A stretch of 63,974 bases of DNA, filler included, from Piptocephalis cylindrospora (GCA_003614145.1; 4 parts of 4 records of this genome joined end to end with filler, not necessarily neighbours in it); one strand, 5' to 3'. Shown: positions 35,251-47,846, counted from the first letter of the whole stretch. Translations and numbers: made by a program. The notes: generated from the letters alone by a model not told the origin.

Positions 35251-37202
35251 GGATACCTTAGAGGATGAGTAGACAAAGGATGAGGATGAGGAGGGAGATG
35301 GTAGTGAGGGGATGCTAGGCCAATGATCGACGCGATGGAGAAACGATGATGCTGATGAGAGTACGGGTGTGGGGTAAGAGGTACTCGTTGGGGTGGGCTG
35401 GGATGGGACAGGGGAGGTGGGATGAAGGACAGTGACTGGAGGGCAAAAGAGAAAGGAAGAGAGGGGGATAGTAAAAGGGAATGCGCTTTGGAGTCGCGCT
35501 CAATTTATATTCTCATTCAACCCGGGTGACCCCGAGGCAGGATAGGACCGGTAAATTCGGGGTGGTGAGGCTGGTCGCGCTGCTGACCTTGAAAATAAAG
35601 CGCAGTCCAGGAGGCGCGCCTATCAGAGACGACGAAAGAGGAACTGATAGGGGAGGGGGGCAGGGAAATGAAGCCTTGAAAATATAGAGTGAATCTTAGG
35701 TCCTTGTGATAATGTGGGTATGTTCAGCAGATGTCAGCAATGTGCAAAGGAGGAGGATGGATGAGGCCCACAGGGGGGATGTGTGTGTGGAAAGGGTATA
35801 GCGGAGCTAGATGTAGATAATCCCTGGGTAGGCGGGCAGAGTGGAGAGAGGGGGGGGCTTGGCCAACGGCAACAACGCAACAAGGGTGTATGCGGGAAAT
35901 AGAGCGGGGAGCGGAGGGGGAATGACTTGGATGGCAAGCCTGCTGATGCGGGCGGAAGCGTCAGGGACGTGGAGATGGCTGGAAGGGTATGATAGGACAC
36001 TTCTAAACGGATGAGAGTTGTGACCGAGGGGAAGGGCCGGGATGTTTAATCTAAGAGAATGACAGAGAGAAAGAAAGAAAGGGAAGTGAAGCTCAAAGGG
36101 TCAGAGGGAAATGAGAAACTTTATAAGGAGGATCCAGAGCGATCCCCATAAGATAGACAAAATGAAGTGCGCCACTGTATCGATCCGGATAATGTGTGTC
36201 CCTCCAAAGACAACGACTAAGTGGGGATTGGATAGAAGGGTATGGCTCTTGCTACAGGGCTGACTGCAGAGGGCATGCTAACCGGGCTCTTGGCACTTCA
36301 GGCCGGATCATGTGCCCAAGACATATTACCATGAGCGGTCTCTGATAGTGGCTACACCGGTGACCATGGGCCTTAGAATCAAATGCCCTATGCCCAACCG
36401 AATGCCTTTACACATTATACTCTTCTCTTCCCATTAGCCTAATCCTAGGATGACGGATACATTGAAATACGGGAGCAATGAGGTCAAAGAGAGAGTGTAC
36501 GTCGGGAGCTATTCTTGCCTGGCTATACCTGCCAATCTTGTGTATGCATCCGTCGTGGTAACTGTACCACATGAGCCTTTGTACCTCCTTCCTAATGAGG
36601 GTACCCTTCAGGTACGGTCCCACCAGGATACGACATCTGTCTTCAATCACACTAGTGCGCCTTTGTCCCAGCAATTCAGGCCAAGAGCGAACAAATCTGC
36701 ATTACGCTTGCATCATTCTCTTTTCCGTTCAACTTCATTTAAATCGACCTATCCTTCGTGAAATGAGTAAATTCGTGAAATGTTACTATTCTTATTATTA
36801 TTATTATTAAATGTATAGTATACATACTCAAGTTGATTAAGTACAATGAGCGACTAAACGAAAGAGGCATTGGAGGGAGGAGAGAGAAAAGTCGGTGAAA
36901 TCGTCTTTGCTTTACTCCCTCCCTCATTGATTCAACTGTGTCAAACGCTGAAGGAGTAACTTTTTAATATATATTAATCGCCTATTCTTGAATGAAAAAG
37001 AGGTGTAAGGGTGAGACGAAATGATTGATTGATTGATTAGATTGAAGATTAGATTGGCGAACCCACAAAAACACCCCCGCACATTGATCAAATCCCAAGA
37101 TCAACACCAGTCAGAGACAGCCGAGAATCATCAATATGCAATCATACACATTCTTGAAATCACCCGCACCACCACCTCTGTTCTACCTACCTCATCCATT
37201 TA

Positions 37203-38291
37203 TCATGATTCCTCTTCAAAGGGCTTCCTGGCCGTATACACAAACACGTTGCGGTACGCATGGTGCTCATTGGATTCTACTACGGCCAGGGCAAGGGTAT
37301 CTTCGAGTTCCTCGAGGGTCAATCCGGGGTTACTCTTAAAGATGCTCTCTTTAAATTGCGAAAAGTGATGGAAGGAAAGGCGCATTCCGCTGATCCCCAT
37401 CCTGCCTGCCCAATGGCCCACGGGAATGCTCACTATCCGCACTTCTGTGTCCACAAAACCCACGTCATCCAAGAGTGGCCGAATTCGGCGAGTCGCGCGA
37501 TGAGGTACTCCATGTGCTCGAATTGAGCGCTCAAATAACCGATTGAGCTTTCCGACCGCATCGCCCCCTCGAATGATCACGGCATCCACCTCCACCATAT
37601 CAATGCACCCCCCTGGCTTTAGTACCCGAAAGTACTCTTGTATCAGAGGTCTCCAGGCGTGAAGCCCGATCTGAAGGTACATAAAATGCTGCGTTACAAG
37701 GTCCACGCTACCCGTTTTGGCGGGGAAGGCTACAAAACGTGAAGAAGCATAGGGTGAGATAGTTAGTGCAGTTTTGTTCTTGCTTATATCACAAGACTTA
37801 CGCTGGGTAAAATCGTTCATCTGATGGAAGCGACAATTAGGCTGGATGGCCGTGCGAATCTGCTCTAAATCCACATCGACCCCGAGGAAATGGGCATGAG
37901 GATAAGCTTTGACCAGCTCCTGTAGACGGACCCCGGAGTTCATCCCAACAATGAGGATGTATTCGAGGGGTCCTGGGTCTGGGGATATTACTAGAGCCCC
38001 TCCCATGGCCTCCCGCACTGTATAAAACTTTTCTATAAGCGATTCTCCCAGGGGAGGGAAGCAGGATAGAGTAGACATAGGTGTCTTCTCTGGAGATTCC
38101 GTTGAATCAATCGAACCCCTTAGGGTGGAAGGAGTGGATGGGCAGGTGTGGAAGCTGGTTCCGGATTGCCATTCAAAGTGCGGGGAGGTACTGGTGTTTT
38201 CCCCTTCCAAGGAGCTGTGTGAGTCTGACAAGGAGATAGCATCCTGTCTATCCTGTGCTGGAGATGATTGCTCGGTCTGATGACCTGACAT
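37203..38291 (-). CDS. Divergent paralogous SAM methyltransferase with degenerate motif I
   Basis: Motifs ILIVGMNSGVRL, FLGVDV, RVLKPGGCIDMVE and IPVGHWAG. Probable in-frame 72-nt intron at 37730-37801. Confidence 0.8.
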   Translation of the reverse strand: MSGHQTEQSSPAQDRQDAISLSDSHSSLEGENTSTSPHFEWQSGTSFHTCPSTPSTLRGSIDSTESPEKTPMSTLSCFPPLGESLIEKFYTVREAMGGALVISPDPGPLEYILIVGMNSGVRLQELVKAYPHAHFLGVDVDLEQIRTAIQPNCRFHQMNDFTQRKSCDISKNKTALTISPYASSRFVAFPAKTGSVDLVTQHFMYLQIGLHAWRPLIQEYFRVLKPGGCIDMVEVDAVIIRGGDAVGKLNRLFERSIRAHGVPHRATRRIRPLLDDVGFVDTEVRIVSIPVGHWAGRMGISGMRLSFHHFSQFKESIFKSNPGLTLEELEDTLALAVVESNEHHAYRNVFVYTARKPFEEES

Positions 38292-38390
38292 TACTCGGAA
38301 AGCTATTGTACTTTTTAAGCAGGGCTCTAAAGGACAAAAAAGGATAAAGGGATAAGGACGTAGAGAACGGGTAAGAAAAGAGAGGAATAG

Positions 38391-38396
<6 letters not shown>

Positions 38397-38430
<34 letters not shown>
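38397..38430. repeat. (GA)n microsatellite
   Basis: Uninterrupted AG run upstream of the methyltransferase. Confidence 0.9.
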
Positions 38431-38434
<4 letters not shown>

Positions 38435-38565
38435 GATGAGAATATGGCGCGGACGGGCTATGAGACAGGAAAAGTAGATAATTATTGCAAGGGGAAGAGA
38501 TGAGACAGGATGAGGAGGTGGAAACTAGAAAAGAAGGAATTATGGGAGTGGAGAGCTCTATGCGT

Positions 38566-39596
38566 CTAGGCCCATTCTGTCTGACAAAGGTAATTGCGGA
38601 TCAAAGAAGGAGCAGGGGTTTCAGCGAGCATTTTTTTCCCATTCATAGGGCAAATCTGTGTCCTGGTTGAGAATGATAGGTGCATGGTCAGTACTCCCCT
38701 GCCGATGGCCTCCCCCCTGTCCGCCTGGTTCCCAGTCGGTTTGGGAGTGTGGGGGAGGCGGGGCACTGTATGCGGGATGGCCAGACTGACCAGGCTGACC
38801 AACTGCTGTATCGGAGTAAGCACGAGGAGTCTTTTTTTTTAAAATCCCGATGGAATATTCAAACTCCGTTGCAAGGGAGATCAGATGGAGTGAGTGGGAG
38901 TCACATCCCGATGGCGCGATGGGAGGACAGAGATTAGCCAATCGGGAAATACACGACGTAGATCCATCCTCGATCCATCCTCATTTCCCTCCCGAGCTAG
39001 GAGCACAGGCTGTGCCTGGCGGAAGCGTGTTCCATGGGTTCAAGGGCAATGCTCATAGGGTAGGACAGAAGTGAAAAGATCAAACACCTTGTCTGTAGAT
39101 GATCATTATCCTAATTACCTACGATGCTCCCATGTCCCCAGTCCCATCGAATCGATGAAGCATAAATGAGCAAAGCTAGATTATCCTATCCCACCTTCAT
39201 TTCTCATCGAAATCGAGTACCCTCTTGTTCTTAGTAAGCATAGATCATGTAGAAGGTCTCATTAATAAGGACAAGTAACGAGTTCGTAATGGAAAACATA
39301 TAGAATGCAAGGTCTGGAAATATGTCAATTTGTGCTCTCATTACAATTGTGGCAAACTCAATGGCCCAACCAAATGAATCAAGGATCGAACAGAGATGCA
39401 AACTGAGGGACGAGTAAATGTGTGAAAAAAGCAAGTGGAACGAAAGGACGATCCCAAGCGTAGGGGAGTACTGACCATGCACCTATCATTCTCAACCAGG
39501 ACACAGATTTGCCCTATGAATGGGAAAAAAATGCTCGCTGAAACCCCTGCTCCTTCTTTGATCCGCAATTACCTTTGTCAGACAGAATGGGCCTAG
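38566..39596. mobile_element. Non-autonomous TIR element (MITE-like), about 1.03 kb
   Basis: 38566-38700 is the reverse complement of 39462-39596 (135 bp including the flanking CTAG). Structure is CTAG|GCCCA...TGGGC|CTAG. No transposase is seen inside. Confidence 0.7.
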
Positions 39597-40497
39597 TGCT
39601 ACACCCTTACAGGTCTTTTAAGTCCCTAGTGCGGTTAATACGCCCATTACTTTCTTGTAAATGTGCACATATACGCACGAATCTCATAGTTTTTCCTGAA
39701 GCTGCTGCACTTCCGATGTACGGGTGCCAAATGCCTCACAGTTATAATGAACTAGCTATGAGGGAAAAGCTGCGTAACAACTAGAGCACGGATGGATGGA
39801 GGAATAGTCAAGGTCGATGATTAATGGACACACCAACTATGAGGCCCAGAGAATGTAAGGTAAGGAGGGACGAGAAAGGATACTGACTTCCTTTCTTCAC
39901 TCTCGCGTATTTCTTGCTTTCCTTATCCCCAACTCATTCTATTGGGCGTCTGACCACTCATCTCCCCAGCTTACTAACCTTCTGGTCCATCCATCTCCAA
40001 CGTCACATATATATACAGTCATTGCCTTTTTCATCAGTTACCTCCTCTTCGCCCGCAAAATTCACCTGCCCAAGCTCACCGAACTATTCCCTATATTCTT
40101 TATGGTCGGTTTTTTGAGTAAAAGTATCCAAGAAAATCCATCATGTTGAGTATGGCAAATCGACGATACTGTGGGTGGGGGCTTTTTGAGGAAAGGGCAT
40201 CTAACCATTCACTGTGCATTTTTACATCTCACGGATGCATGTGCAAAGTCATGGGCCTGTGTGTCAACTCCAGACCATTATGAAAAGCAGCATACTCGCG
40301 CTCTCTATGGCTTTCCCCGGGACTTTCCCAGGCACAGTAGAAAAGGACGGGACTACGGACCGACCTCACTTTGCCTATCGGAGATACGGGAAAACCACAT
40401 TATGAGGGAGCACAGGCTGGATATGATTTTAAACACATCCTTCCTTCTCTTCTTGACCCGATTCCCGCTTGCACTAGCTCGCTCGACGCGCTCTACC

Positions 40498-41853
40498 ATG
40501 CCTATCGACCTTGTTTTTTCCAGAGAGGCACAGGCTCGTGGGCCTTCGCCCCTCAAATCACTCTTGCCGCATATGGGCCCAGGGGTGATCTCACTGGGCG
40601 GGGGGCTTCCGCACCCATCCATCTTTCCGTTCCTGGACATGTCGGTGCATGTCCAGTCTCCGGCCTCTGCAGTGGACACCTCCCCCTTGACCATTCAGGT
40701 GACTAGTGCCCCCACCGGGGGCCCAGGTTCTCCGGCGCTTGCCTCCCTCCTGCAATATGGAGGTGGAGTGGGGTACCCAGGGTTCCTGTCCTGGGTCAAG
40801 GGGGAGATGGAGCGAATTAGGGCGACGCCCCGCTACGAAGGTTGGGACGTCGTGCAGACGGCAGGGAACACCGATGGGATTGACAAGACGCTGCGTGTAC
40901 TGTGCAACCCGGGCGACACGGTGTTTGTCGAGGAATACTGCTATCCCGGGTTTGTCGAGTCTTCTCGAGCCCTGGGCCTTCAACTGCACGCCGTGACCAT
41001 GGATGAAGAGGGCATTGTGCCCCACTCCCTTCGAAAGGCCGTGCAGGCTGTTCGACAGGCCCGTGGTCCTCTCGAGGCTCGAGTCCTTTACCTTGTCCCT
41101 ACCGGGCAAAATCCCACAGGAAGAAGCATGGGCGTGGAGAGACGTAGGGAGGTGATGGCGTGTGCCGAGGACCTGGAGCTTTTGATCATCGAGGATGATC
41201 CGTACTATCACTTGCAATATCCCAAGGAGACAGGGAACGGAACCACCGAGAAACTCCTGCCTCCTCTCCTTTCCTTCGATACGCAGGGTCGGGTCATTCG
41301 ACTGGACACCCTTAGCAAGGTCCTTTCCCCCGGTCTACGATGTGGATCACTCACGGCCCAGGCCTCCCTATGTCAGAGGGTCGTATACAACAACGAGGTG
41401 AGTATACAAAGACCATCGGGATTCTCTGAAGCCGTGGTCGAGTCACTCATGCGGTCCTGGGGGCCCGAGGGCTGGGATACACATCTTCGCGGGGTGCGTG
41501 AAACGTATCGTCGACGAAGGGATGCACTTCTCAAAGCATGTCAGCGCGAGCTGACCGGTCTGGCCGAGTGGTCGGCTCCCGTTGCTGGCATGTTCATCTG
41601 GATGCGCCTTATCCTTCCTACCCAGACCCTGGAGAAGGCCGGGTTGATGGATCAATTCTTCAAGGATGCCATTGCCGCTGGGGTGCTCATAGTCCCCAGT
41701 TGGCAATTTGCCGTGCCTGATCCCACGACAGGCCAGATCAATCGTGATACACCCACACTTCGTACGACCTTTGCATATGCCGGGGAAGAGGAGATGGACC
41801 AGGCCATTGTCCGGTTAGCCGGGGTCATCCGGCAGTACCAAGCCGGGGCCTAG
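40498..41853 (+). CDS. PLP-dependent aromatic / 2-aminoadipate aminotransferase (Aro8-like)
   Basis: Motifs ISLGGGLPHP, LQYG, YLVPTGQNPTG, IIEDDPY, DTLSKVLSPGLR and AGMFIW. The ATG at 40498 (MPIDLVF) is preferred over the upstream GTG. Confidence 0.92.
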   Translation: MPIDLVFSREAQARGPSPLKSLLPHMGPGVISLGGGLPHPSIFPFLDMSVHVQSPASAVDTSPLTIQVTSAPTGGPGSPALASLLQYGGGVGYPGFLSWVKGEMERIRATPRYEGWDVVQTAGNTDGIDKTLRVLCNPGDTVFVEEYCYPGFVESSRALGLQLHAVTMDEEGIVPHSLRKAVQAVRQARGPLEARVLYLVPTGQNPTGRSMGVERRREVMACAEDLELLIIEDDPYYHLQYPKETGNGTTEKLLPPLLSFDTQGRVIRLDTLSKVLSPGLRCGSLTAQASLCQRVVYNNEVSIQRPSGFSEAVVESLMRSWGPEGWDTHLRGVRETYRRRRDALLKACQRELTGLAEWSAPVAGMFIWMRLILPTQTLEKAGLMDQFFKDAIAAGVLIVPSWQFAVPDPTTGQINRDTPTLRTTFAYAGEEEMDQAIVRLAGVIRQYQAGA

Positions 41854-43152
41854 ATTGTCTACGTGCTCTTTGGTCCCCTTCTTATAGGATATTCATCGAC
41901 TCTATTTCTTCTATCGATAGGACATGACTCGTTCCTTGTATGTGAGGACAATGATCTGGCTATGTCAATGGAATAGACAGAAGCTTACATGATCGTGCAC
42001 TGTTGTTGGTTATAGAAAAGACTGAATCTCTAGAGTAATATTTTTTTGAGCGGCTATGAGATAACAACATATGCATCAAACGCACATGAACGTTAGTTAT
42101 GTTATATCTTGATGCTTTCCAAGATTATTACCCACCTCATCCCTTCACCACTGGCAAGACAGCTTACAATACAGGGTCTTCTGAGATGGTGCAGTGCAGA
42201 AATAGGGTTTTGGCTGAGTAATTCCAGTGTCCTTGCAGGGAAAGCTGATTAATTGTGGTTGAAGCGTACACACCGCTGTATTTATCCTTTCACTGTGCGG
42301 TTCGTTCTAGTTAGTTACTGTGTCCCTGAGTGAGAACCCGTTCATTTTTACAGTAATGCCATCTCTTCTCATATTGGAGGACACGCTGGACAGGGTGAGC
42401 CTGCACATCAGTCATCCTCTCTTCATCTTGATCGCTCTCCTAAGCTTCTCCCCCACCCCTCTTTGCGTCTTCACACTGAGCACCGGACGCTCAGCCCAAA
42501 ACCCACTACCACAACAAACGACGACCACCCTCTCTCCTGTCTACCCTCTCCTGCCCACCCGTCCCACCTAGACCAGGCCAGCCTAGGTCCGCGTAGTGTC
42601 CCTCCCCTCCCCTTGGTGAAGGATGCCGTATTCCCCCCCTCAAGCCCAACCCACCAGGCAAGATGGCAGGTCAAGGAGAACAAACCGTCCCCACCCAACT
42701 GCAAGGCAGGATTGAAGAAAGAAGATCACGGACGACGACGCCGATGGGATCTACCTCTCACTTCCCCCTTCCCTTCCTCCACATATTCCCCTCTTACCTT
42801 TGCCCCCCCTTCCTCTTCTTCCTCCTGCTCCTCCTCTACCCCAACTCTACCTTGGTGTACCCTCTCCCCTTTTTCATCCTACCCTCCAAGGTCCACGTTC
42901 CTGCCGTCTGAGTGAGTCTATTCGACATCAAACTGGCCTGGTACACACTATCCCCATCGTGCCATCGACTGCTTCTAAGACCTCTCTCATTACCCAACCA
43001 GGTCCTTTATCACTATACGAGTAGGCTCTTTCCCTCCCTCTCCGAATAGGACTGTCATCCGGATACTCAACTGAGCTCTTTCAACCCCTCCTTTTCCCCA
43101 ACCTTACCCTGATTGCCCGCCCTCAAGTTAGCGACAACGACCCTCAAGACCA

Positions 43153-45339
43153 ATGGCCGAGAAATTAAATACCAACGGGATAAAAATCCGGCTCAACTTG
43201 GCTGGGATGAGAAAGGCCGCTGCCAAGGCCAAGGATGCCTCTCCGGTCGAAGACCAGGATATTGAGGAAGACAGTGCCTCCTCCCCCCTCTCCTCCCCAT
43301 CCACTCTGGCAAGCTCTCCTCTAGCTTCCCCGACGGATGGGGAGGATGACGAGGATGATTCTCCTATGCTTCCGGCTCCAATGGACACCCCCATCGATCG
43401 TGCCCAGGATGAAGAGCAAGAGGGGTCATCCCCCCCTTCCGAGGCCCATTCGGCCTCCTCTGTCCAAATTACTCCCAAGAGGAAGAGATCTCAGCTATCG
43501 GTCTCTCCCAATCCAGGAACCGTCGTATCAGAGACCCAAGGGAGAGTAGTGTCCAAGAAGCGTGCAGCACCTTCCTCAAAGTAAGCGCCCATCTCTATTC
43601 AATCGCGTGGAATCATAGATGATGGTTTTATCTCACGGCATCACTCACTTTTTTCCTTCTCTTTAAATATCTATAGAAGCAAAAAATCAATGAGTGGAAA
43701 AAAGAAGAATAGTCTGGTGGCCTCCAAGGATTCCTCTTCTACCTCTTCCCCAGTCATGTCCCGAAGTGTCAGTGTGGAGGGAGGGGACGAAGGAGGGAGG
43801 GGTTCAGTGAATAGTCTTGGGCTGGCCCCATCCTCTCCTTTGGTACATCGTCGGAAGAATAGTCCATCACCAAGTAGGCAGCACGCAAGTATGAACCATA
43901 CGGCCGGAGCTGGGTCCCTTGGACTTCCCATTTCCTCGACCCATCGTGTCCGTGGGCCCCAGGCTGCATCGGCCACCCCAGGATCCTCCTCTCCTCTACG
44001 CGCGTCCGCTGGTTACTCCAGCGCTGGGGGAATCAATGCCAAATCTGGGCTAGTGACCCACTTTTCGCCCTCTGTCTCTCGCTATGTCCAGTCCCTCTCC
44101 TCTTCTTCTCCCTCCTCTTTATCCACCTCCGCCACGACCTCCACAACTACCACCGCTCCCTCGACTTCTTCTTCCATCTCCAAACCCGCTCCTCCCAGCA
44201 CCAATCCGGCCTATATCTCCATGCTCGGCCGTGGGCAGATCCGTACAGCCTGGATACCACCTCCCAAGCCCACTGAGCCCTTCACTCGATTGGATCGTCG
44301 TCCACTCATTCAACCCGTTCTTAGTCATCAAGAAAAGGGCGCCGATGTCATAAGTGATACCGCTCAGGAAGCTACGGATGAGGAGATAAAGGCTGTTGTC
44401 AACTCTACTGAAGATGCCAACGGCTCAGGAAACACCAACGATGAAGATGCAGGAAGTGATCCTAACAGTTCTAGCCCATCCGAGTTGGAATCCCTAGACC
44501 ACATCCCCGCTGAATTACATCAGCTTCCCGAGGCCAGAGGCTGGAAGGAGCGGGCTATTCTCCTTAGGACTCTGGGTGGAGAAATGATTGTGCCTCGTGT
44601 ATGGGGTCCAGCCAGCGGACGTCGGCTTTATCCATCGGGTGATGCTATTCAGGAGACTGAGGAATCAGATGATCGGATGACTCGGGCCCACAAGAAGATC
44701 GCCAAGGACCGGTGGGGTAATCCTCCCCCACCTCCCCTCTTCCCCCTTCCCTCATCTCTGGCTTCGGTCGTCTCATCCATCCCGGAGCTACGGGCCAACC
44801 CGACTGCGATTATCTCCCTGGATCCCGTGGGTCATGCGGGGAAGGATCGTCGGTATCCCCATGGCCCTTCGGTCATTGCTCACTCTCCCCTTATTTCTTC
44901 AGTCCTTCCTAGCTCCCTTCCCTCCATCTCCTCCCTCGCCTACCCTTCCCTCTCCCCTTCCTCGGCCGGCTCCCAGGCGGTCTCTCCTTCCTCTCCTACC
45001 GTTGCTATTGCTCCTTTAATCGGTCATTCTGGGAGAGGGGATCTCCCCCCTAAGCCCTTTGTGTGTGATCGACCCGGGTGTCACCGGGCCTTTGGAGATG
45101 CCCCTGGCCTCACTCGACACATTACTGTCACCCATGGTCCCAGACTCTTTGCCTGTAAGGAACCTGACTGTGGCCGTCGTTTTAACGATGCCGCCAAGCT
45201 TCGGAGGCACATGCAGATGCATGCCAATATTGCTGCAAAGGCCTCCAGGTCCTCTTCACGTGCCTCCTCTCCTACCCCCACCGATCCTTCTCCCTCTTCC
45301 TCTTCCTCCTCTCTTATTGGGGAGCTGGCCACAGAGTAG
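43153..45339 (+). CDS. YY1/Pho/Iec1-like C2H2 zinc-finger protein
   Basis: Intron at 43581-43676. REPO-like WKERAILLRTLGGEMIVPRVW and two C2H2 fingers joined by THGPR, ending AKLRRH. Confidence 0.75.
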
Positions 45340-45449
45340 CTCTTTCATCCATCCTTCTCCGTGCCAATAGACATTATCTTTTCAATCCTGTGTCTCTCAT
45401 CTGTATTATCACCTTGACGTCACCTTGAATCCCTTTATCCCCTCTCAAA

Positions 45450-47846
45450 TTACAGCTCATCATGAACAAGATCCTCCTCCTCCTGAAATTCCCTCTTACC
45501 CGTCTTACCACCCTCAGGATTCTGGGGATCCTCGGGAAGCGGGCCTTCCCATTATCTCTTAGAGACTCCCGACCCTCCTCATGATACTCGGCCTCGGTGT
45601 CCAGTTCAATACCCAGAGACCGACGCATCACTCGCTCCACCCGGTAAGCAAAGTTGAGCTTGTCCATCAGGTCAAAGCCGCTGCGAATTGACGTTGTTTC
45701 GTAGAGAACACGCGCCAAGTTCAGGTCTCGATCCTTCTCATTCTCCACCTCCTCAATGTGCTTAAGAAGCCCAAGAATCAGTGGATGCTTTGGGTTAATC
45801 TCAAAGATCTTGCGCTGCTGCGCGTAAAAATCCGTTTTGATCTCCTCGTCCCCCCGAAACGCTTGGGCCCGGCGGATCCTCTCCATTGGCCCGCTGTAAC
45901 CGTAAGCTCCGGCTACTAGGGCTGCTGGGGAGAGGGTGAGCCTGGAGGAAAGTTGTACTGTGGTAAGAGAGATGGGGGTGTGAGGATGATAAATCGAACG
46001 TAATGCTTGTTACCTAGGGCACTACCAAAGACTTACCCAACTCAACTTTCTCATACAAGACCCGGCTCAGCCAGTGAATCAAAGGCTTGAACCTCTCCTT
46101 CTCGGCCTCTTCCTTGCTCTTCGAATCCTCCGTATGGTCCTCGGGCATCCGAAGTCCATGCTTGGCCACACTCTGCAGCCGACGCTTATTATACCGAAAG
46201 TTTGATTGGACAAAGAACTCATCCAGCGGGTCATCAAGATAGAGAACCTCGTAACCTCGATATTCTACCCGCTCAAGAAAGGGGGAAAGTTTGATTTCAC
46301 GAAGGGAAAGACCGGTGAGAAAGTATATGTCCTGTTGGTTGTCAGGCATTTCGGCGATGTAATGATCCAAGGTCCGGTCCATATCGTTGGACTTTGAGGT
46401 ACGAAAGCGAAGGAGGGGAAGAAGCCGATCCCGATATTCCTTATCCTCGATAGATCCGAGTTTAAGATAGGAGTGGTACTGGTCATGGACCTTAAAGTAG
46501 TTCTCCTCATCCGCGGTGGAGAGCTTATCAAAGAGGGCTAGGGCCTTTCGGATGAGCTGACGACGAATAGAGAGGATCATCGGATGGTTTTGCAGGGTTT
46601 CCCGATTCACATTCAGAGGAAGGTTATCTGCATCCACGATGACGCGAATAAAGGAGAGCCAGGAGGGCAGTTGAATTGCCTCAGTGGTAATAAAGACACG
46701 CCGGACAAAGAGTCTCACGGTGTCAGTGGCCATGGAGGCTCCCTGAATCCCACTAGAAGGGGCCTCAGGAGGGATGAAGAGGAGAGCCTTAAACTCCACA
46801 TCACCCTCAGTTTTAAAGTGTGACCATGCCAAGGGATCCTCGTCGATCTTGGCATAGGACCGGAAAAATGCTTGGTACGCCTCCTTGCTCACATCCTTGG
46901 GGTCCTTGGCCCAGAGGGGCTCCTGGGTATTAATGACTTGCCAGCCTTCCACTTCCCTGGTGGGCTTGACCTTGGCCTCCTTCTCCTCCTCTTCGGGAAC
47001 ATCTTCTACTTCACCTTCTACATCCCCGCCCTCATCGATCTCCTCTGTCCGTTTGGACCAGAGATGAATTGGAAAATTGACAAATTGGCTGTGCTTGTGA
47101 ACCAGTTTCTCGATCATTGTCTCGTTAAGAAAGTCCTCAGCTTCATCCTTTAGGTGGAGCTCAATGACAGTTCCACGGTCCAAGGTGGAACCACGAGGGT
47201 CGAGGGCGATGGCAAAAGCCCCGTCTCCCTCACTCTCCCATACCCATTGTTGGCCATCCTCGGGATCTACGGTCTTTCGACTAGTGACTCGAACATGGTC
47301 GGCAACCAGGAAGACCGAGTAGAATCCCACGCCAAACTGTCCAATCTGGCCCAGACCCTTATCAGCATCCGTCTCCAGGGCCTTGAGGAACTCGGCAGTC
47401 CCTGACTTGGCCAGGGTGCCCAAATTGTCCCGAAGCTCATTCCGCGACATACCAATCCCGGTATCCGAGATGATGAGGACACGACGATCCCTATCGACGC
47501 GTAGGTTGATTTGGAGATCCGAGGTACCTGCCAAGGCGGAGTGGTCCGTGAGGGAGAGGAATCGAAGCTTGTCCAAGGCATCTGAGGCATTAGAGATGAG
47601 CTCTCTAAGAAATACCTCCTTGCTTTTGTACACCGAATTGATGATGAGATGGAGCATCCGGGACACTTCGGTCTGAAAGGCAAAAGTCTCCGCGGTTTCC
47701 GCGAGCTTGGAAGTATCCTCTGGGGAAAGACCCATTATGGGAGGCTGGGTTGAAGCTGGGTTGGCGACGGAGGTAAGGTCAGCATTCCCTTGCAGAGCCA
47801 CTTGCAAAAGAATAGCCGAGAAGAGGAGGATAGTAGGTAATCGCAT
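45450..47846 (-). CDS. HSP90B1: ER Hsp90 (endoplasmin/GRP94)
   Basis: Signal peptide; motifs KEVFLRELISNASDALDK, IGQFGVGFYS, LPLNVNRETLQ and FEINPKHP. Intron at 45958-46036. The C-terminal HDEL* at 45450 is in a shifted frame. Confidence 0.92.

Noticed and set aside
34270..41853. Two methyltransferases plus an aminotransferase as a biosynthetic cluster
   Set aside because: No backbone enzyme or transporter is present, and both families are common dispersed genes.
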